The notes under the pieces are model-generated. The model ran no database searches. It was not told the origin of the DNA and worked only from the letters and a program-made list of their open reading frames with translations. Shown here in pieces: positions 25,640 to 39,880 of a stretch of DNA of 64,000 nucleotides. Position numbers and translations under genes: made by a program. Source of the stretch: Plasmodiophora brassicae (Eukaryota); NCBI GenBank assembly GCA_036867785.1, contig CP145415.1, positions 930,001-994,000 on the forward strand, given 5' to 3'. Position 1 is the first letter of the stretch; the number at the start of each line of letters is the position of its first letter.

Positions 25640-26293
25640 ATGGACGGCCAGGGCACGTCGGCAGTGGGGTTTGTGGTCATTGTCGTCATCCAGGTCACTC
25701 TGGGGCAGGTCATCGACACAAACAGGAACTCGCAAGTCTGGGCGCAGGTCAAAGTACCCTCCGGGAACGTCGTCTGGCAGGAAGTAGACTCGTGCCCCTT
25801 GCAAGGAGGTACGCGGAATCGTTTGTGTTTCTGATACTATAGTGATTTTATTGCAGAGGTGGGCCCATCCATCCTGGTCACTACCCCATCGTACAATCAG
25901 GTCTGGAACGCGGGACAAACCGTCAGGCTTCAGTGGACATCGTGCGGGCTGATTCCATACGTCCGCATCGATCTGTATGATGCACTCAACCTGGCCTATG
26001 TCATCGACATGGTAACCGCCAACACGGGGAATTACACCTGGAAGGTGACGCTGCGTGCTAAGCCGCTGCGTCCTTACCCGCTAATTGCGGTACAGGTGTA
26101 CGTTCCTGATCATCACCCGATCCAGACATTCTTCACGGTCAGGATCACGTCACTGTACAACTCCAATGTGGTCGGCGAGTCGTCCGGCTTCCGTATCGCG
26201 CACGAGTTTCCTGCCGAGAACACAAAGATCCCCGCCTATTTGCACGATTACTTTGGTCAGCCTATTGTTGACACGTTCACAGACTTTCCCTAA
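25640..26293 (+). CDS. Secreted protein with a Kre9/KNH-N-terminal-like Ig-fold domain (3 exons)
   Basis: Hydrophobic N-terminus [22 protein letters not shown]...[11 protein letters not shown]...VRIDLY...NTGNYTW...VRITS...GESSGFRI pattern. Confidence 0.65.
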
Positions 26294-26402
26294 CAACGTC
26301 GCCGACTCTCGGCTTAATCCTGTAATTGAGAACCAGTTTATTTTCTTCGACGTGTGCTCTTCATTAGTGTGTCATCGTTGTATTCCTCCCACCAGTCGTC
26401 AG

Positions 26403-27064
26403 ATGGCACAACGGGCCGGGCATCACGATTTGGAGCAAACTATTTATAGATATGCTTCGCAAAACTTCAACGACGCGCGCCTTGTTGAACGGTCGGAAGC
26501 ATCGTTTGCTGGCGCGTGAGGCCACAAAGATGTCGGCACATCTGTTCTACACGCATGATTTCCTCCAACGTAGCTTCTGGATCTGATATATATGCCTTCT
26601 TTTGACTGAATCAGACGATGGAACCTACACAGACGAGTGGCTTGACGTTCGCTGTGATTGTAGTAAATGCCACACCTCCGAGAACGGGTATGGCTAGCGA
26701 AAGTCACCAAATGACTATTTTAAATTTTCTAAATATAGTCATTTCTAAATCTGGATTTGGTTCTGCAGGTGGGCGGAACTCGAGTTGGAAAGCGTCGACG
26801 GTCGTCGAGTAGATGGTGGGCCACATCCATATTCTCCAACGCTAACTAAGCATGAGCAGCAATGTTGTAACCCTGGTAGGCAGGGCCCAGGCTGGAAGCT
26901 GCGGAAAGATCGAACGCGTACTTGGCATCATTATCGCCGACTGCAATCGTGCCTGCGCCTTTCACAGCGAACGGCGCTTACGAAGCCAATTTGTCGCAAA
27001 GGGGTCCTGGACATCCTGCTCCGAGCATACGGATCCTTCTGGTCGCTCAATATATAAAATTTAA
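26403..27064 (+). CDS. Possible multi-exon hypothetical gene
   Basis: ATG at 26403 and regularly spaced donor/acceptor-like sites, but no fully consistent spliced frame could be established. Confidence 0.2.
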
Positions 27065-27306
27065 CCAATCACGTTAATCATTCCTTGAACGTAGAGAAAG
27101 GGGCTCGAGGTATTGGAGGCAGTGAATAGTGATTACCATACGGAATACTGGTTCACATTTCAAACATCGGCATCACCGCGCGAGCGTTTTTTTCTCATGT
27201 AGGGCCGAGGGACTGGACGATTTTTGTTTTGGCCGAGAACACCAGTCATGATTGCAATGCTTCCGTCGTGAAGGGTGACGTCTGAGGCAGTCGGCGCAAT
27301 CTCGCG

Positions 27307-30300
27307 ATGCTGGGCGGTCTCCAGCGTACGATATCTCAGGTTATCCTGCGGTACGCCCAGAACTATCTCGTCAACATCGATACGGACCTGAATCTCTCGC
27401 TGTGGAGTACGTATCTGCCAGTCCGTACTCGTTTGAATCATGACTCCCTCTCTTCCCAGGCGGTGATGTCGTTCTCAAAGCCGTTGAACTGCGACTGGAC
27501 GTTCTGCAATCTCTTGTTGGTTATCGTGGTTATCGAATCGATAAAGCGGTGGTTGCTGAGTAGGTTCTTCTGTACTCGAGTAAGATCGTTGAGCGCTTAT
27601 GGTTCTTCTGCAGACTGAGAATCCACGTCCCTTGGATATCGTTAACGACCTCGAGTGTCCGCATTACTCTCAAAGGAGTTGAGTGTGCAGCAACGCTTGA
27701 TGATTCGCTCACCAGGCCGCCTGAGGGCAACGGTCACAATGCGCCATCGTCACCACCTGAATCAAAACCTCAAATCGACATTGAGGATACGACCTCAAAC
27801 GAAGCAGAACAGGAAGACGGATGGACCAAAGCATTGATTGGTTTGAACGAATGACCTGTGTGCATCAGCAGGTGCTTATTGGCTTGTGAACTTGGTAGGA
27901 AAAATCATTGCAAATGCTCGGGTTGAGATTAGCGACATTTCGTTGCGGTTGACTGGTGCCAGCTGCCAAGGTTTCGTAATCTTGGAAGCGGTTACCCTTA
28001 AACCTGCTGATGAGAATTGGGTTCCGTCTTATATCGAGCCGAGCGGGCCATGGCGAATGATTCATGCCCTGCTCGAAGTTGAGCATTTGTCCATTGGCAT
28101 CGTCGAAGGGAAGAGCGAAATCGTCGAAGGGAAGAGCGAAATTGCCGAACATCTTCTCGACGACTACGTGATCAGAGACTTCGGTTCGTTCTTCCATATG
28201 TCTATCCTGAGTGGTACTTACTCAACGGATAGATGCGGTTCTCCGTATCCGTACGTATCAGTCTCCCGGCGTTCGATGGATTAAATCCAATTCACTGGCA
28301 ATACCAAGCGAACCGTGTGGGCCGCGTTTGCTGGTATCGTTCTTGGTTGATTCAGCTGTCGAGATTTGCCTAAGCCCGGATAAGTTGCGCATGCTAATCT
28401 CGTTGGCACCGTTGGCTTCCTCTGGCGCTGCCCACGAGACCGTCACTCCACTTGACACTCTCATGTTGCCCTCCGACATAGGTTCATCTGCGGAAGTTGT
28501 GCACATCAACTTCGATGCCAAGCCGGCGGAGGCCATGAAACAGCGTAAAGTGAGCTGGGGGAACTGGGCATGGGACCTCCTGGCAGTGCCTCCTTCGGAC
28601 CTTGAATCAGCAATCGACATTGGTCTGTATTGATTTCATTTGAATTCGGCGTGCACTCAGTGTTAGAATCAGGTCATTTAGCTCCGACCAAAGGCGCCGT
28701 TGCCTCATGTGATATCCGTTCGCTCACGATCACCCTCTCGAAGACGCATCGTCCTCCGCTGAACGTGTCGCCATCAAAACCCCGATCTTCTTTTCTGTCT
28801 TCGCCCGTTTCGAACGCAGCATTCGCATCCGTAACAGGCAGGAGCATCTCAGTCCACGTCAGCATAGGCGAAAACAACGATGTGCGGAACGTATCCTCTT
28901 TCTTGACATTCTCCTCGTTTGCAGTCATCAACCAAATGACGGCGCTGCCTCTTTTTCTTATCGCTGAAGAAGTCGATGTTTGCGAAGTTATGCCGTTTAT
29001 CGGCACATCAGATGAACAGGATGTTGGCATCGACGCCGGTGTTCCGTTTCGCACGCTTGCCCAGATGCATCCAAACCAGGAAACGCCTCGTCCAACATTT
29101 TCGCTCCTGTTTCAGAGAAGGCCGCATAAGCCTGACACTGTCGCATTACGATGCTCCTCCATTGGTGCAATGGTGCCTTTGAAGAGCAACGCAGACACAG
29201 ACTTTATCCAGAACTTGGTGCCATTCGTCACTCTACAAAAGTCACGTCGTCTTGACAGCGATACTGACCACCTTCTCGAGGAAAATCAGGCAACCTCTGC
29301 TCATGTTAACGTCAGTGTCGACATAAGACGCCTTTCTCTTTCCCTACACGTCGATGACGTGGGCGACTGGAAACACGAGGAACTGTTCTTACCTGCTGCA
29401 AATACTTTATCGTTTCAGGTTGTACAAATATCAACGTCTGTAAGCATCGTCTGACTCTGTTTCAGATGTTCAGCGTGCTGTTTACTAACGACCCTACGTC
29501 GGGCAAAAGGGTATCGTTCAGGAAATGCTACACTCAGGCTCACGACGTCTCGCTGGAGTACAGACGGTGGCGCGGATCACGCTCCATAGACGGCTTGCTC
29601 TTTTCTATGACTGATGCCAGTTTCCAGAATGCTGGATTTACTGTGGAATCGGCCGAGATGTCCGTCTCATTTCGGCACTTTCATTTCATAGTGCTTCTGT
29701 CAATGGCAGTTTGCTGTAAGAAGTGACAATTTCATTGATTTGGGCTCAATGTTGATATTGCTGTGTAGGTGCTTGGGATTCACTGTCTCTGTCGTCGAAC
29801 ATACGACTGCAGGTCGCCGCTCTTAGACCTCGTCGCTCTTTACTCCCGCAATCGGTTCTACTCTCTCATGCTGTTCTTCATTTCCACCTTGGTGGACTTG
29901 TCGTGCACGCGTCGAAATCCTGTACGCTAAGGACTCTTTCCGCAAGCGTAAATCGAAGGAATCAGACGAGATTGGTGGTATTCCCGCATCCAGCAGCCAG
30001 TGACGCTGCGCCGGCTGTCGATCTACGGTTTAGCGGTCGAAACGCAACGAGCGTGAAGAGTATCCCAATGTCAGTCGTTATTGACTCCTTTTTCTTGGAC
30101 GTGTTGGCTTTCGCAACGGTGTATCGGCAAGTCATCCCAGGCTCGACTGGTGACGCTACTGGCTCTTCGCCGACTTCCCCTTCATTCGTAACTGAAGTCA
30201 TGTCAGCAATTCATCATCTAGACGTTGATATTGCCCCTGTGACTTTTATCATTCCTCTAAGCGATGCCTACCACATTTCTCGTCGAGCGTCGCTGTTTGG

Positions 30301-33300
30301 GTACCGAAACTGCTCAACGCTTTGTATTCAGCTTCCTTCAGTACGCATAACTAAGTCAGATGTCTCGTCCATCATGTTAGACGATATATCTGTTTTTACG
30401 ATCCCGAATACGGTTGGCCCTGCTCTTTGGAGGACTATTGCAAACTCTCGTTCATTTATTCTCGAACCCGTTGGAATTCGGTGTTCTGTTATTGGTCTGT
30501 CCCAAATCAATGTTGCGATTGATACGCCCGTCAAAGTCAGCCTTGATGAGAAACAGGCTAGTGCGATTAAGCTTGCTACTGCGGCGATACTGCCCAGTGC
30601 ACGTTCTGGTGATCACAAGCACCTTCCGCGCAAATGTGATGCAGTTGTGCATCCTGCACACATTTCTGACGTTCGTTCCATCGTTTCTGTCGCGTTAACA
30701 TTGCAGACGATCGAACTACATACGCATGAGACGTCTTCCTTCTCTGCATCTCGAATGGGACGGACGCCAATTGATTCTGTTCGTTTTGATGTACATGGTT
30801 TGAAGGTCAGTGGGTCTGTCCATTGCGGGCCAGGGGCTCCTGTCTGCACTAGACTTGAAGCTGACGTTGACGATGTCTTAATTGCGTACTGGTGCGCTCA
30901 TCGACACCACCAAATGATGACCTCCGATGGAGGATCTTTGACAATGGAACGTTGTGACGGTGGCGATGCCTTGTGCAGTGTTTCCATCCGGCCAATCAGT
31001 GCCCTGATTAACATTGATGCACTTTTGTCGGCTTTCGCTGTCCTCGAGCTAGCGACTGTCAAGAATGGCGATCTCCTGTCAAACGCAAACGGTTCGGCTG
31101 GAAGGCATTCGTCCGCTCAAGCACCCTCTAGTATCTGTATCAACTGTCAAATTGGAACCGTGCAAGCAGGGGTGATTGCTGGACCCTCTGCATCTATATG
31201 CGTCATGTTCGATGATATTGATTTCACCCGAAGCGTTGGCGCGTCTTTCAAGATCAGGGAGAATGTTTCTATTCGTCGACTACATTGTTTTGTCTCCGAG
31301 ATGACGACACTTCCAGCGTCGTGTAGCGAGGCAATTTCATCCGCTGTTGATTTGCAAGTGGAGCGAACCGGCATGCGGATCAAATGTCAAGTGCCGCCTC
31401 TTTCGTCAGTGAATGGGATTCATGGTTTGTTATTGGGCTGACGTTAGATTGCACTAGTTTACGAGTAACAGAAAATCTGCTGTCACTGGTCAGCCAAGTT
31501 AGCTCGAAGATGCCGTCAACACCATCATCGTCGCCATCGTCATCGGAGCCAAATCAGCCACATTCTACGTCGTCAAGTTGGAACTTCGACCTAGAACTGC
31601 CAGCGATCGTTGCCAATATCGAAGACGCACTGAGTGTATCGATATCCAATACCGTCATCAAGGACCAAACCGCAACCGTCGGTAACATCGAGGCCTGCTT
31701 CCGAAACGTACAATTAATGCGTTGGAGTCCATCTGATTCGGAATCTGCCGTCTTGTCCTGTTCCCGAAACTGGTCGTACATCGAGGTTGCCCCTCTGCAT
31801 GTAATGATTCCTATCGATGCAGTTGTGTTTGCTATGAAACTCTTGAGTCCCAAGTCCACCTTGTCCGCTCGTCAACGTCCACAAGGAAAGTCAAGGGCCC
31901 ATATCAGTCTGTCTAGATCGACGTCTCAGCGCGTTCTTGTACCCGACATTGAGTTCCATCTCATCAATGGTGATTCCCGTATTTCTCTGATGGTAAAGGA
32001 TTTCTTTGCCTTCAGAGCACCCACGTCATCTGAGTCATTTCGAAGTTTCGCGTTACACACGTCAACGTTGACAGCCACTGCGAAAGTCGAAGTTTTATTC
32101 GGCAGCGGAGAATCACTGCTTGAAAGCATCGTCTTTCGTGCCGATTTCCGGAACACCGTCTTTGAGCCTTTGGAGTGTTCAGATGTATATCATTTCCATC
32201 AGCGTTCACATGTCGCGCTTGATCTGGGCGCTCTTCTTACGCGATTCTACCCGCATCAGCTTCAGACAGTTCTCCGTGATTTCGTGCACTGCATTGCCAA
32301 CAAGCCTTCGACATCTACTCCGGCACCGAGGGCCCCACCTCGTGTACGTCGAAACTCATCAGTAACTGCAATAACTCCACGTACCCGCAGCGACACTGCA
32401 GCGACTGGACTGTTCTCTCAAGACGACCTGCGTTCACTGCAGGTAGTCGTGCTGACGGCGTATGGAATGGTCCGTTTTCCAATCTTTATGATGCTGTCGT
32501 TAAGCTACCGCACAGGACCGATAACTGCCGGCGTCCACGTCCTGGTGAGGTTATACTGTCACCGCTGAGCATCGCATGGCGGTACGTCGCGCCTCGAGCT
32601 GTGACGACCATATCTGTCCACGCTGGGAATATCATCGCAGCAGGTGGCCAGTTGACTCTGTCTGTATCTGCGTTTGATGATACAGGGCGTGTCTTTCGTT
32701 CGGTGGATGAATTCGTCGCCGATTTTGGTCGTTCTTTGTGCCATAACATGCCGGAGACGGTAGCTGGAGCTGATGAGTGGCGAATCACTTTCGCCGATCC
32801 CAACTACGATGCAGAAGAAGTTGCTCATCTACTTAGGATCGATTCACGCAGCGATCTTTTCATTCAAAGTAGGCACCTTCATATAAAGTGTCACACTGTA
32901 CTAACGGACTGGTTAGCGACTTTATCTTGTACAATCGCCGGTGTAAATGTCGCGCTAGCGTCTGTCAACGAGTCAAGTGTCGATACCGATCTGGCTCTTG
33001 TTCAAGTGGGGCACACGGGTTTACATTACCGCGCTGCGAATATGTTTGGTCCTGAATTCTCCATCACGAGCCGCGACGTAAGTATTTGCGTGTGCGATTA
33101 CAGCGACCTGCGCTTGGTGCGCCTAGTGGGCCCATTTGGAATGACCTCAGTTGGCTGCACCGTGCAATCTCATTGTGCTGACAGAAAATCGCCGCTGTCA
33201 GCAATGATGTACGAGTTCCGCCATGCGGATCGTGCAGTCTCGCTACGGTTTGATACGCCGTTGGTGGTCAACATCGACAGTCTAATCGTGGACACGTTGT

Positions 33301-36300
33301 CCCACATTGCGGAGCAGTTCTCACTGGTTAATGCTACCGCCTCGATACCGGTACGGGAACCTGCGAACACTGAACTGGCCGGCGAGACTAGTCGGCCGCA
33401 CCAGTGCAACCGGATTCTGATTCGGAACGAATCTGGCACCGATCTCCAGTATCGTCAGGAAGGTTCGCTGCTGGTATTTCCTTTGCCATTTGATGGCATT
33501 GACCGTTCCTTCTCTTGGCCTTCTCTGTTCCATCAGCAGCTTCGCATCTCTTTCCTGGAGTCATCGTTCTGGTCGACGCCCTTCACAGTTGTACCCAGCC
33601 CGGACCCACTTCTGATATCGCTTCGCAATGGCCCAGAAACTGTTGAACTTCTGCTTTGCGTCAGCGAGTCGTGTCGTGTCACATCCATACGTATAATGTC
33701 TCCTGTACGAGTCAGAAATCATTTGCCTTTTAGCCTCCGGTTACGGATTGGAAACGCAGAAACACTTGCTGCTCCTGCTGTGCAGTGCCCCGTACCTCGT
33801 CGCACTAAGGTGGGCGCCGGTGTTTCGTGTTGCTTGGAGATCCAACCTGATGTTGCTTCGTGCTCTTGGTCATGGGCATCCGTCGACATTTCGCCCGATC
33901 ATGATGTTGACGACGACCGCGTCTACAGTCTGTGTTCAGTCTGCGTTATCGAATCGCTTGATTCGAAGTCGAAAATGTTCGTGTGGGTCTGTTCGAATGA
34001 CTACAGCAGCATCGATATTCACCCAGCGTACACTCTAACAAACCTCGCATTATGTGAGATATCAGTTGCGTTTTCAACCGAAGACCACTGGCGAACCATA
34101 CAACCTGGAGATTCGGTGGCGGCATTCCACTTCGACCCCCAACATGATTCAGGTCTTCGTATTATGATAGGGAAACACATTGCCTCGACTGTGCTGTCTT
34201 ATCAGCGCATTCCGTATTCTGAATGCGTCCGCTCTCAGGCAGACACGGGTGAAGGATCGGTCATTGTGGAACTCCAGCGTCAATCGACTGGATCCGTTGT
34301 CGTGTCCGTTAGCCCCCCTGCCTCCATTCTTAACACAACATTGTCGCCGCTTGTTATGCTCACAGGCGGCGACCGGGACCGTCATCAACGAAGTCTTGCC
34401 GTTAAGCCTCTCGAATCAGATTCCCTTGAGCTTCCACACGATTCCTGTGTTCCACTGTTTTGGTCGGACGCTTCGACTCGTCGCTTTTCACTTGCAGATT
34501 TGTCTGCCTTTGTTGTTTCGCCGTCGCTTCACTGTCGAAGGTCAGTTCTAAGAAACAATATGTTCGGGGTGTTGTTTTAATTCATCCCGTCAGATCTGGA
34601 GAATTTCCTATTGACCTGTGCAGTGCTGTTGCTCTTTCGGTAACGCGACTATCGTTAACTGTCGTCTGGGAAACTTCCAGAACACGTGGCGATACATTCG
34701 ATGAGTGCTCCCATTGTCGCATTACCATTCAGCCTCGGTACGTTGTCCATAACCGGTGCCCATTTCCCATTCGCTTTCAACAGGGAGAGCAAATGCCGGT
34801 AAAGCAACTTGGTATGTTCCACACGCATTCCAGTTCGGGTAACGGTTCACACTATTGTTATTGCTGTAGAGAATGAAGACCATCGCCCGCTCTCTTCTTG
34901 GCCTCTTTCATCTCCCCCGATTGACGTGATCCGCCGTGGGGTTGACTTCGAGAAGGGTCTTGGAGTTGAAGATCTGTCGAAACTGCGAATATCCTTACCG
35001 ACATATCGAGTTGCTGAAGACACTGGTGACGAATGGGGATGGTCGCAAGAAATTCTTCTCAGCCAAGGTTGCCCACAAGACATGCCCGTCTGCGATGTAC
35101 TCACTGTGTTGCCCTAGGCGGTGGACGGCGTCATCATTTGCGCGTCCGCAATCGAGTCTTTGGTTACGATCAACTGCTGTCGTACTTTATCATTGCTCAT
35201 GATTCAGTTTCCCACCTCATCATTTTCCGGTACGTAGAACTACTCCCATACTATCTGAAATGACATAAGCGTGCAGAGACGAGCAAGTACCTTACACAAT
35301 CGTGAATGCGACGTCTAGTCGCATAACTTATCGTGCCTTGCCTGATGCATGCCGGGACGACCCTCTTTCGCCTCAGAGTCCCACGGTAATGCCTCTGGAA
35401 GTGGCACCTGGATTGTCTTCACAGTTCTGCGGCCCTCGCGATCGAAGCAACCTAAGCACCGATCCTGAGGAACGCATCTTCAACAGTGGAGAATGGAACG
35501 GCATGTATCCTTGTTACCTACATCTTCGTACGCCAGGCAGCCAGTGGGTATCTGCAGAAAATGCCGTTCCCCTTCTTCCTGGAACGACTCGTCTTGTTCA
35601 CCTGGTATCGAATCTTCATGATCCTGAGCCACACATGATCGACTCCTTTGATCACAAGCGAAGGGTTAGCAGCGATGAGGAACGCACACTGCAGGTAACT
35701 TCCTATGTGCTGCAGGTTGTGCTATCGAGACACCTAACATGATACAGGTCGATGTGTTTGAACGGTTCGGGACTACGATTGCTGTCGTGGCCCCACCTGG
35801 TCAACTTGAGCGCGTTGCGTTCGGACGGAAGATCCCTTGCGATTTCCTTTCAGTTTCAATTCCAACTATTCAGTTCAACTTTCGCGATTGGAACGATACG
35901 GTCTTTCGCGTATCAATAGACGGCCTTGGCGTAGACGTGGCACACGACACGCCGCAGGTGGGTTCAACTTGGGCTTGTAAGTGACGCGCCGAGATCCTAA
36001 CATGCTATCGTAGTCGAGCCTGCTCTTATTCCGGTCAATGTCCTACTTGGAGGAAGGTGCAATCTCGCCTTGCAGGAACTTGCGACTACGAGCCGAGTCT
36101 TTCCAGGTCGACCACCTGCGATCCCATGAGTACCCCGTCATCGCCCATAGCGTCAAGGGCGATGCCAGATGTGCTCTATCTGTTGTCTGCAGCTGGTCAC
36201 CTTTCATCCGTTTCGACGGGTCTGATCTGTCGCTGCTGGCGTCTCCTCTTCACATGGTGCTTTCCAAACCGGACCTACGAGTAACGTCTCGGTTTACTCA

Positions 36301-37982
36301 ACGTCATATGATGATTCTGACTCTGTTTGAAGAGCCTGTCGTTATCGCTTTCGAGCATGCACTTGAACCTCGAAGACGCGTTTGTGGCATCCGCAATGGC
36401 GTACGGGACACGATTTATCGAGGACGTTTTCCGAAAAGGCGCCGACTCTACCACGGTTGGAGAGCGCGTTTCATGTACGCTTGTTGCCGTAACGCGCTTC
36501 ATGTAGGCATCACTTGATTCGCCTGACTGGCGTGGCAATCCTGAGTTTCTTGCGCTTCTGAGCAAGATCACTTCGGTAGGCAGCCCGTTACCTCTGTGCG
36601 TTTAGTCTGTACACTAATGCTTGTCGCCAGCCTCGATTCTTTGCCCACATTCTCGATATATCGCCGGTCCACATCAGTCTCTCGTTTTCTAGTTCGCGTA
36701 CGTATTTGGACACGAACCAAACCCCTCTGCACTTTGCGCCCATAGTTCTTCGATCTGTGCTAAGTTCACAGGAAAGGCTAATCAAGGAGCTATCGGCATG
36801 CTATCTCGCGGTACGGTATCTCACCTTGGCATGCCTCAGTTTCCTTGATTGGTCATATTCCTAGGACACAATTATTCGATCGCCAATGCTGCTGGGCTCT
36901 TTGGATCTTATTGGAAATCCGACGCAAGTGGTCTCCAGCATTAGCAAAGGCATTCACGACCTCGTGACGTTGCCCACAAGGGCACTTACTCAAGGTTGGT
37001 AGTCACGAGCATGCATGTTCAACGTGGTGCTCACCATGCCTTGAAGGACCGCGGGCGTTCGCTTGGGCCGCCATGCAGGGCGTCGGTTCGCTGATCCAAC
37101 ACATCAGCGAAGGAACGCTCATGTCTGTTTCTGGATTCACACACAGTCTGGCCGGCAACATGGATCGTTTGAGTCAGGATCAGTACCAATTGAATTCGAC
37201 GCCAAGGAGGTTTGGCGGGCGTTCATTTGCGACCGGTGTGACTCAGTTGGTCAATGGTGTTTTCCTGGGCGTTACGGGCGTTGTTACCGCGCCGATTCGC
37301 GGAGCGGCTCAGCAGGGATCCTGGGGGTTTGTTAAAGGTTGCGGCATCGGGATGGCGGGTGTCGTCACAAAGGTTCACAGTTCATCGTTTGAAACACAGC
37401 GTATCTACCTGACTCAGCCTGCTGACTGCGACTTAGCCTATGTCCGGTGCCCTGCAGCTGGTGTCTCACACAAGTAGAGGCTTGGCCAGCTCTGCTGGCC
37501 TTTCATACGTCATGCCTGACGTCCGTCCTCCGCTGAACGACGATTCATCTGGGGTAAGCGCGAGATAACGTTTGGATTCTTTCTGCCCATTCACTGTCTA
37601 CTCCCAGTCGACTTTAGACTGCATATCGTACATTCGGCTTCGTATCATGTGCAATAGGGTTGGCGAGAAATACTGTGAGCATTTCCTGTGTGGTCCAGTT
37701 GTGCAAGGTACGTTGTACGGGTAATGTCACTCCGCTTTGCGACCCTGAACCTCTGCAGGCTCCTCCCAGCTCTCAAATCGTGCTCTCATCGTTTGCACCA
37801 GTGTCGGTGTCCATGTAATCGTCAACGACGGCACTGATAAGCCGTTCATGTCCTTCGACCACCCATCGGTCGACATTATAGGGCAGAGTGTTCGAATCAG
37901 CGACGCTGACAACACAATCGATGTCGAAATCAGCGGGTTGCATCGAACCCGACTTATCAACCGAATACAATGTTTCCGATAG
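27307..37982 (+). CDS. VPS13B: VPS13-family bridge-like lipid transfer protein (VPS13B-like), multi-exon
   Basis: Chorein-N LRYAQNYLVNIDTDLNLSLW/GDVVLKAVELRLDVL...LRIHVPW; VAB-like repeats (VRVRNHLPFSL, PRYVVHNRCPFPI); C-terminal LLGSLDLIGNPT and GVGSLIQHISEGTLMSVSGFTHSLAGNMDRLS; terminal PH-like exon ending at TAG 37980-37982. Confidence 0.88.
28099..28142 (+). repeat. Perfect 21-nt tandem duplication in a VPS13B exon
   Basis: ATCGTCGAAGGGAAGAGCGAA x2, encoding IVEGKSE-IVEGKSE. Confidence 0.9.
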
Positions 37983-38067
37983 GATCCGCGTCATCGTTGC
38001 GCACGCGTTGGCATCCCAGAACACGGCTGTTTATTAACTTACTGCCAACTGACATATATTTGTACAA

Positions 38068-39038
38068 TTACGGGCGCCACTTGATGTTGCCCGGTGATAA
38101 TCCTTGGAAGTGCTGCTTATACTGCTTCGGATTCGCCCAGTCCGAGTTCAGATAGGAGTCCTGGTTATCTTCTTCCAAGCGCTGCAGAAGTCATGCAATT
38201 ACGGAACGGAGCAGAATCCGGACGACGGCCTTACTTTCTGCTCCTCCTGTTTCTTGTGGTAGTACGCCATCATTGCCTTCTGGGTCTCCTTATCCACAGC
38301 AGGTTCGCGGACAGGCGCCCTGTAAGCCCAGATGTTCGTAAACCGCTGACGCTACAGCGCAATCGTGCCAACATACCCAGACGATAGCCGCTGGAGGCGG
38401 ACGACAACCTTTGTTTTCTCGTTCGATCCTATCGCTTTGCCGAGAGGATCACCCGTCGATATACGTTTTCCAGCGAACCACAACGCGGATTCGTCCAGTT
38501 CCATGATGTTCTTGGACACTAGGGTTCCTGAACGCCGCCATCAGTTCAGACCTGGCGTACAGCAACGTCCTTGCAGCCACAGACCTGACAAATCCAATCG
38601 GTCGTCGACCCACTGACGGAGGACATCGCACTCAGGGAGACCCATCGGGTACGCGATTGCAACCGCCCCTCGGATATTCATTTCGCATTCTTCGAGGTGT
38701 TCAGGTTTCAAAACGACACGCTTCTCCGCCTGCTTCTTATCAACAAGGGCGTGCGCATCCTTGGCAACGCGTTGCAGAGTCTGCACGTAACCAGGTTGTG
38801 GAGGGACACCACACCGGACGCCTGTAGGGTCAGCCGTCCCCTCGAGCCCTCGCTCCTCCTCGGGACGCATCGGCCCATACTCGGCCAGCGCATCAACGTT
38901 GTCCGCCAGGAACGCCAGCACCCGCCTCCGATTATGCAACGATACAATCATCGCCAGGACGTCCTGCCCAGGGTCGCCGCAGCTGCACTCGACGAGGAAT
39001 TCGTCATCGTCGCCGCGCTTCACGTGCAGGAGAACCAT
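38068..39038 (-). CDS. CFAP298: Cilia- and flagella-associated protein 298 (C21orf59 family), multi-exon
   Basis: MVLLHVKRGDDDEFL, LAEYGPMRP, DPTGVRCG, NIRGAVAIAYPMGLP, ALWFAGK, GSNEKTKVVVRL, GAPVREP, MMAYYHKKQEEQK, YLNSDWANPK, IKWRP*. Confidence 0.93.
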
Positions 39039-39210
39039 CGTCCGCCACCTATCGCGCAAGACCGTCTCTGCCTGGCAACTCCGTGACGCTCGACGCCGCA
39101 ACACGTTTTGGCCGACTTTGAACGTTCGCTGTCTGCTTTTTTTTCGTGTTTGCTCTGCGGACGCCCAGTCGCCCCACGTGACGCGTGACGTCGCTTTCGA
39201 CACGTCGTTC

Positions 39211-39774
39211 CTACTGTTCATCCAGATGCAGATGGCGGCAGCGCAGGCGGAACTGCATGGCCATGATCTGTCGTCGGACCTCTTTGTACGGCGTCGCCTC
39301 GCGTATGCGCTCGAGGTGCGCCTCCAGCCGTCTGCGCACATCGCCGTCGAGCGTCTCGAACAGGGCGATTAGCAGGTCGACATGGTGCTGTCAGGTGCGC
39401 ACGCGGCGTAAGCGTTAGTGGCAACTAACCAGCAGTCGGCAAATGGGGGATCCCACCTGTAAGCAGACAGTCGTGTTGGCCTCCTGGAGATCCCGAACAA
39501 CCAGCGATATGATAAGCGCGCGACGATCCGGCGAGATCGTGCTCCAGTGACGAAGCATCGCACGCTGGTCGGGCAGGGTCCGGATCAGTCCTTCCTGGGG
39601 AATCCCTAATTACACGTGCGACAACGGCGGTGGAGGAACGGCGCGGTGGCCTACCAGGTCGCGTCGCACCTCACTGGCGGGCGCCAGGCTATCATCGGGG
39701 AGCTCGCGGCGCTTCCACGACGATGCCGCCTGCGATTCCGCTACGTCATCTCTCCATACGAGGCCGGCCGGCAT
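39211..39774 (-). CDS. Hypothetical protein (3 exons)
   Basis: MPAGLVWRDD..., DQRAMLRHWSTISPDRRALIISLVVRDL..., HVDLLIALFETLDGDVRRRLEAHL...DEQ*, separated by intron-like GT-AG segments. Confidence 0.5.
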
Positions 39775-39880
39775 GGCGCTAGTAGTACAGTCCTATAAAG
39801 ATCGCACAACGGGACGACGGTTACAGTGTCGTCCGAGCACAGCATTGTGAATCGATCGGGATTTATTCGTGGGGGCCCAC

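Noticed and set aside
38541-39341. Apparent N-terminal extension on CFAP298 in the ORF track
   Set aside because: The family start MVLLHVK is at 39038. The upstream sequence overlaps the last exon of a separate minus-strand gene in another frame.
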